Positions 57,780-64,000 of a DNA stretch of 64,000 nt are shown here, piece after piece (the stretch's first letter is position 1; each line of letters begins with the position of its first letter). The notes below the pieces were generated by a model that worked only from the letters and a program-made list of their open reading frames with translations, did no database searches and was not told the origin of the DNA. The DNA is taken from assembly GCF_009914755.1 (NCBI RefSeq), contig NC_060939.1; one strand, 5' to 3'. The DNA comes from the human T2T-CHM13v2.0 reference genome, Homo sapiens. A program made the position numbers and the translations under genes.

Positions 57780-58025
57780 TCTCAACAGTGTTTTTTGAAG
57801 AAGAAAAATCTTAAGATTTTAACAAAGTATGATTTATCAATTTTTTATAGTCTATGAAATTTGAGTACTATTTAGTAAATTTTGCTTGATCTAAGGTGAC
57901 TAAAAGATTCTCTTATATTTTCTTCTAGAAATTTTATAGCTTTAGCAAATTTTAAATTTGAGTCTATAATCCATTTCAAGTTAAATCTTTGTATATAAAA
58001 AGTAAGGGTCCCGGGTTGTAGTCTT

Positions 58026-58075
<50 letters not shown>

Positions 58076-61000
58076 TGTGTGTGTGAATATTTAATTCCCA
58101 GTTGTTCCAACACATTGGAATTTAACTTTTCACACTGGATTGACTTGGCACTTTTACCAAATATCATTGATCATATACGTTTGGCTCTATTTCTGAACTT
58201 CTGTTCCATTAATCTATTTTTTATGCTAACATCTTAGTGATTATAGCTTTATAGTAAGTCTTACAATCAGGTAGTGTAAGTTCTTCAACTTTTTTCTTTG
58301 TTTTCAAAATTGTTTTGAACATTCCAGGCCCTTTGAATTTCCATATATATTTTAGAATTGATTTGTCGATTTCTGAAAAAAGCCTGTTGAATTTTGAATG
58401 TGATTGCACTGACTCGATAGATTAGTTTGGTGGGGAACTGACATCTTAACAATATGTATTCTTTTGATACATGAGCATGGAACATAAGTATTTATTTAAA
58501 GCACCTCTAATTTCTTTTAATACTGTTTTGTAGTTTTCAGTGTAAAGGTCTTATACATATTTTGCTAAATTTATGACTATTTCATATTTTAATGCAACTT
58601 TTAATTGAATTATTTTCTTTATTGTTCTATATCCCACAGTTACTTATTTCATACATTTATTGAACTATTATTGCAGTATAATAAACTACATATGTAATAT
58701 GTATTTTGATAGGTTTTTATTTATTTATACAACCATCATCACAGTCGAGAAAAAGAATATTTACATCAAACTTCAAAATTTCCTCATGCCTTTTGCAGTT
58801 GATCACTTTCTCCACATCTAGCTCCAAATACCTGTTAACCTACTTTCCATTATTATATATTAGTTTGTATGCTCTAGAATTTTATGGAGACTGTATAATC
58901 CAATATTATCCTTATTTCAGGCTTTTTTCACAAAACATAATGATTTCAAAATTTATCCATGTTGTTGAGTTATGAATAATTCATTTAATTTTATCCCTGA
59001 GTAGTATTTTATTGCATGGATACACCAGGATTTTCTCTCCTTTCACCCATTGATAGACATTGGGTTGTTTCTCATTTATGACTATTACAAATAAAGCTCT
59101 TATGAACATTTGTGTACAAGTCTTTGTGTGGAAATATACTTTTGTTTCTCTTGAGTAAATACCTGTAAATGGAATGGCTGTGTTTTGTTTCTCTTGAGTA
59201 AATACCTGTAAATGGAATGGCATGTGAATCTTTAACTTTTTAAGAAATTGCCCACTGTATTTTTGTGATTTTAGTTTCTGATTATTCAATGCTAGTATAG
59301 AGAAATACAATTGCATATTGCTTTGTATCTTGTGACTTTGCTAAATTTGCTTACTAACTCCATAGCTTCTTTGTAGATTCATTAGGGCTTTCAATAAAAG
59401 TAGCCATACTATCTGCAAATGTAGACAGCTTTACTTCGTTTTCAATTTGTATGCCTTTTATTTCTTTTTCTTGCTCTATTGCTCTGGGTAGAATCTCTAC
59501 TGCAATATTGCATTAAAGTAGTAAAGGTAGACATTCTTGTAATTTCTTTTTCTGGTTTTTGTATCATTGAATTGGAAAGAACTCTTTTCTACCTTTGGGA
59601 AGAGATTGTATAGAATTGGTTGTATTTCCTTCTTACATGTTTGGTAGAATTTATTAGTGAAGCCACCTGGGCCTGAGATTTTCTTTATAGGAAGTTTTTA
59701 AACTACAAATTCAATTTCTCTAACAGATACAGGAATATTCAGCTTATCTAATTCCACTTGAGTGGGTTTTGGTAGATTGTATCGTTCAAATAAATTTTCC
59801 ATTTTATCTTAGTTATCAAATTTGTTGGCATCTAGTTGTTTATTAAAATACTTTATTAGTCTTTTGATGCCTATGGAACCTGTAGTGATGTTTGTTCTCT
59901 TACTTATGACATTGGTAATTTGTGTTTTCTCTTTTTTACCTTATCAGTCTGGTTAGAGTGTTAGGAGTTTTATGGTTCTTTTAGAAGAAGCAGCTTTTGA
60001 TACTGTCTGTTGTTTTCTGTTCCTTGATTTTCTCTTGTGATTTTTCTTGCTTTTCCTCTCAAGTTTTACTTGTGCTATAAATTTGATGATATTATTTCTT
60101 CTTACTTCAGTTTAGTTTGCTCATTTTTCTAATTTCTTAAGGTAGAAGCCTAGATGACTGATTTTCTTCCCTCCTTTTCTACCTAATATACATATTTAAT
60201 GTCACAGATTTTTCTCTAAGCACTGCTTTATCTGCATTTCACAATATTTTTGTTGCATTTCTATTTTTGTGCAGCTAAAAATATTTTCTCATTTACTTTG
60301 TGATTTTGTTCTGTGACCTAGGATTTACTTAGTTATGTGTCATTTAACTTCAAGTATTCAATGATTTTCCAAGTATCATTAAAAAAATTGATTTCTAATT
60401 AAAATCAGTGTGGTTGAAGAACACACTTTGTATGTTTTCAATCTTTAAAATTTTATTGTGTCTTGTTTTATGGCACAAAATGGTCTATCTTCCTAAGCAT
60501 TTCATGTGCACTTGAAAAGAATATGTATTTTGCTACTGCTTGGTAGAGTGTTCTATAAATATATACTTGATTAAATTGATTAGTAATGTTGTTCAAGTCT
60601 TCTATGGCCATACTGATAGCTTCTCAAATTTGTTTATCAGTTATTGAGAGTGGGATATTGAAATCTCTAATTATGGATTTGTCTATTTTTGCTTTTAGTT
60701 TTATCAGGTTTTGGTCATATACTTTGAATCTCTGTTATTAAGTTCAGCAATAAATATAAGTACACATATAGAATTGATAATACTTCATGATAAATTGACC
60801 CCACAATCATTAGAAATTGACCCTCTCTATCCCTGGTAGTATTCATTGTTCTGAAGTTTACATTGTCTAATATAAGTATAACTACTTCTGCTTTCTTTTG
60901 ATTAATGTTTTCATGGTGTATCTTTTCTGTATCCTTTATCTTTTAATATATCTCTATCTTTATATGTCTAGTGAGTTTCTTTTAGACTATGTGGCTCTAA

Positions 61001-63415
61001 AGAGTTTGGCATTGTTTATTTTTTCAAGTATCTTAATGATACATGCCTTTTACTTGGGCTATTTAGAAATAATACATATTTTGTGGCCATTTTAAATTGA
61101 ATTTTCTTTTCTATCTTTGGTTACTTTACAAACTCATTAAGACATAATTGAAACACAAACTGTACATATTTAATGTATACAATCTGATCAGTTTTGACTC
61201 ATATACACAGTGATGAAATCATTACCACAATCACAATACTGACCATTTCCATCACTGAATGATAGTATTGTATGGGTTTAAATCGTTGGATAATTATTGA
61301 TATGTGAATCTATCATCTTGCTATTTGGACTTTATTTGTTCTTTGTTTCTTTTTTCTCTTTTACTTTTTCTTATCAGATTACTTTTAAAAAATAATTATG
61401 TTTTATCCCCATGATTAGCATGTTATACTTCACTTTATTTTAATATGATTGTTATAGGGTTTACATTATGTACTTTTAGTTTATCATAGCCTATCTTAAA
61501 ATAATATTATATCATTTTACATATGACATAAGACATTTGCAATCTTGTATTTCTATTTTTCTCCTCTCAGTCTTTGTGCTATTTTTATAATAAATTTCAC
61601 TTCCACATTTACAAGCCCCATAATCTATGATTATTACTTTTGGTTTAAAGAGATAAAAGATGAAAAAATGTCTTTCATATTTTGTCACATACTTATCTTG
61701 CCTATAATCTTCATTTCTTTGAGTAGATGCATATTTCCATCTAGTTTTATTTTTCTTCTGCCTAAAGGACTTCCTTTAATCTTTACTGTAGTTCCTGTCT
61801 GCTGGTGATGAATTCTCTCAGCTTTACTAAATCAGAGTAAGTCTTTATTTAATCCTCATTTAAAAATAAATATATATATATATATATACTTTATGGGTAT
61901 GATATTCTAGGTTGGCAGATATATGTTTTTGTACTTTAAAGATGTTTTTTATTTCCTTGTGGCTTGCATTGTTTCTTAAGAAAAGCATGCTGCATTCTTT
62001 TTTCAATTTATGCATTATGAATCTGACTTCTCTGTCTGCTTTTAAGATTTCTCCCCTAGTTTACATTAATTTTATTATCACATCCCTTTGTATAGTTTTT
62101 TAAAATTTTTCTTCTGCTTGAGTTTTCTTGAGTTTCTTAGATTTTTGGCTTATTAGTATTTATGAAATTGAAATCTTTTCATGTTATTTTAAATATTTTT
62201 TTCTGTCCCACCCGTGCCCTCCCTACCACCTTTATAAGACTTCAATTTTTCTTATGTTAGACTTGTTAATATTTTCCCACAACCCACTGATGTTCTATTG
62301 ATTTTTATTTTACCATTTTCTCTGTGTGTTTCATTTTGTATAGTTTATATTGCTTTGTTTTCAAGTCCACTAATCTTTTTTCTGAAAGGCTTATTCTTTT
62401 CTGTAAGGCTCTTAATAGTCTTTGGTATAATTTTTATTTTATATATTTTATTTTTCACCTTTAGAATTTTTTTCCTTTTTTGTCTTCCATTCTCTCCCAA
62501 CATGTTCATACTTTCCTCTGCCTTCTTTAACATATAGAGTATATTCATTTTAGCTATTTTAGTATTACTTTGAACTAATTCTATTATACGTATATTTTTA
62601 ATATGTTTCTAATAATTGTTGTTTCTCATAGGTTATATTTTTCTGTTTGTTTGCATGCTTGGTAATTTTTGATTGGATGCTAGCACATATGAATTTTATG
62701 TTATAGTTTTCTGGATTTGGCAGGGGAGGTAGTTCTTTAAATATTTGAGATCTTGGTTCTCAGATACAATTAAATTACTTGGACTCAATTTTATCCTTTA
62801 GGATTTCTTTTCAAGCTTTGGTAGCAAGGGTTCAGACATTCTTTAGTCTAGGCTAATGTGCTTTCTTTATAAAGGCAACACCCCATGCCCATGTATTAGG
62901 ATGTCTTTCTACATTGATTGGTGAGATTAGAACCTATTATCGGCTAATGTGGCCTTCCAGGATTGATCTTTCTCTTCTCTAATGGCTCCTTTTCTGGCCT
63001 CACCCTCATGTGCAGATCAGTATTCAGCCAAGAACTCAAGGGGGAATCTTTCTGTAGCTTCCCAGCTTTCTCTATTCTTTCTCTTGTAAGCAACCTCCTC
63101 TCCTCTCGGGTACTTTGCTTTTAAAATTTTAGGCACTTTGGCTTCTCAAAACTCTGAATTCTGTCCCTTAAACTCTGCAAGACTACAGTCTTTGTTTTGA
63201 ATTCCTTCCCTGTGCTATGGCCTGAAAAATCTCTTCAATTAGTGAGCTCAAGAACTTATAGAGTTCAAAACATTTATTCCCATTGTCTCAGGGATTACTG
63301 ACCAGTCTTTTCCATTGTCTGATGTCCACTCCATTTAATTTCCTTTGTCTGGTTTTCTAATTGTCTAAAAAAGTAGAGTAAATCCAATTACCTATCACTT
63401 TATCATGACGGGATA
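57780..63415 (-). mobile_element. Long decayed L1M (MC/MD/ME-type) with nested L1 3' fragments (~58640-59258, ~61105-61258)
   Basis: Minus ORFs with L1 ORF2 motifs (LTLPDCKTYYKA, IFGKSAKSIQ); antisense ORF2/EN/ORF1 patterns; (TC)(TG) repeat at 58022-58085. Confidence 0.85.
59140..59221. repeat. Perfect 39-bp tandem duplication
   Basis: TTTTGTTTCTCTTGAGTAAATACCTGTAAATGGAATGGC at 59140-59178 and 59183-59221. Confidence 0.95.
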
Positions 63416-63810
63416 TAACATACTTTAAGTGCCAAAATAAGTAAATAAATAAATAAATAAGGACGTAACGTAACACTCAAGGGCAGGAATACAACCAAAC
63501 TTTAGGAATAAGGAGTTTATATTCATTGGCCACCCAGGCAATACTTCGTTTTCCTCTGCATCTGTTTCTAATCTCTGCATCTGTTTGTCAATATCTGTGG
63601 AATGACTTACTCTGTTTCTCCAGTCTGCATAGTTAAATGTGCCTACTCCACATCTACCAGGTTTACATATTATTGTTGCAATCACTTACAGAAACTCCTT
63701 TTTGGAGGTATCTATTTGCAAAGTTCGAGACTATCAGACAATACATTATTTTAATGACATTCTTTTAGTTATTTTTAATAATATGCTTATTGCTATTAAA
63801 TCTTGAGGAA

Positions 63811-64000
63811 GGCCAGGCAGAATGGTTCATTCCTGTAATCTTATCACGTTGGGATGCTGAGGTGGAGAACTGATTAAGCCCCAGAGTTTGAGACCAGCCT
63901 GGGCAACAAAGCGAGACCTCATCTCTATTTGAAAAAATTTAAAAATTAGCCAAGTGTGGTGGCATGCACCCGTAGTTCCAACTACTTGGGAGGCTGAGAT
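63811..64000 (+). mobile_element. AluJ (cut by the window end)
   Basis: GGCCAGGC...GAGTTTGAGACCAGCCTGGGCAAC...AAAATTAGCC. Confidence 0.9.

Noticed and set aside
63425-63730. 86-aa minus ORF and nearby GTAAGT donors
   Set aside because: Non-ATG start, ends in a (TTTA)n repeat, weak acceptors and no recognisable homology.

Overview
AT-rich primate DNA, most likely human (AluJ/S/Y, THE1 and LTR7 are present), from an intron or intergenic region. I found no recognisable protein-coding exon, RNA gene, CpG island or CRISPR array, and I cannot name the locus. The listed ORFs are mostly Alu, L1 or LTR read-through, or chance frames. Roughly half the window is interspersed repeat: 11 Alus (several with clear target-site duplications), old L1M/L1P fragments, MIR, L2, MaLR/ERVL LTRs and hAT relics. 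The most unusual item is a 5'-truncated, polyadenylated HERV-H LTR7 piece at 40115-40355 with an apparent TSD, which looks like an L1-mediated retrocopy of a HERV-H transcript end. It is nested, together with an L1, inside an older MLT1 LTR. Other leads: several well-formed, probably non-coding exon candidates; three motif clusters in repeat-free DNA (AP-1/NF-kB, RFX/E2F, NFE2-like/GATA); a template-switch micro-inversion; and a perfect 39-bp duplication inside an old L1. Subfamily names come from recalled consensus features by eye, not from RepeatMasker. I see no supportable evidence for a wholly new biological system.
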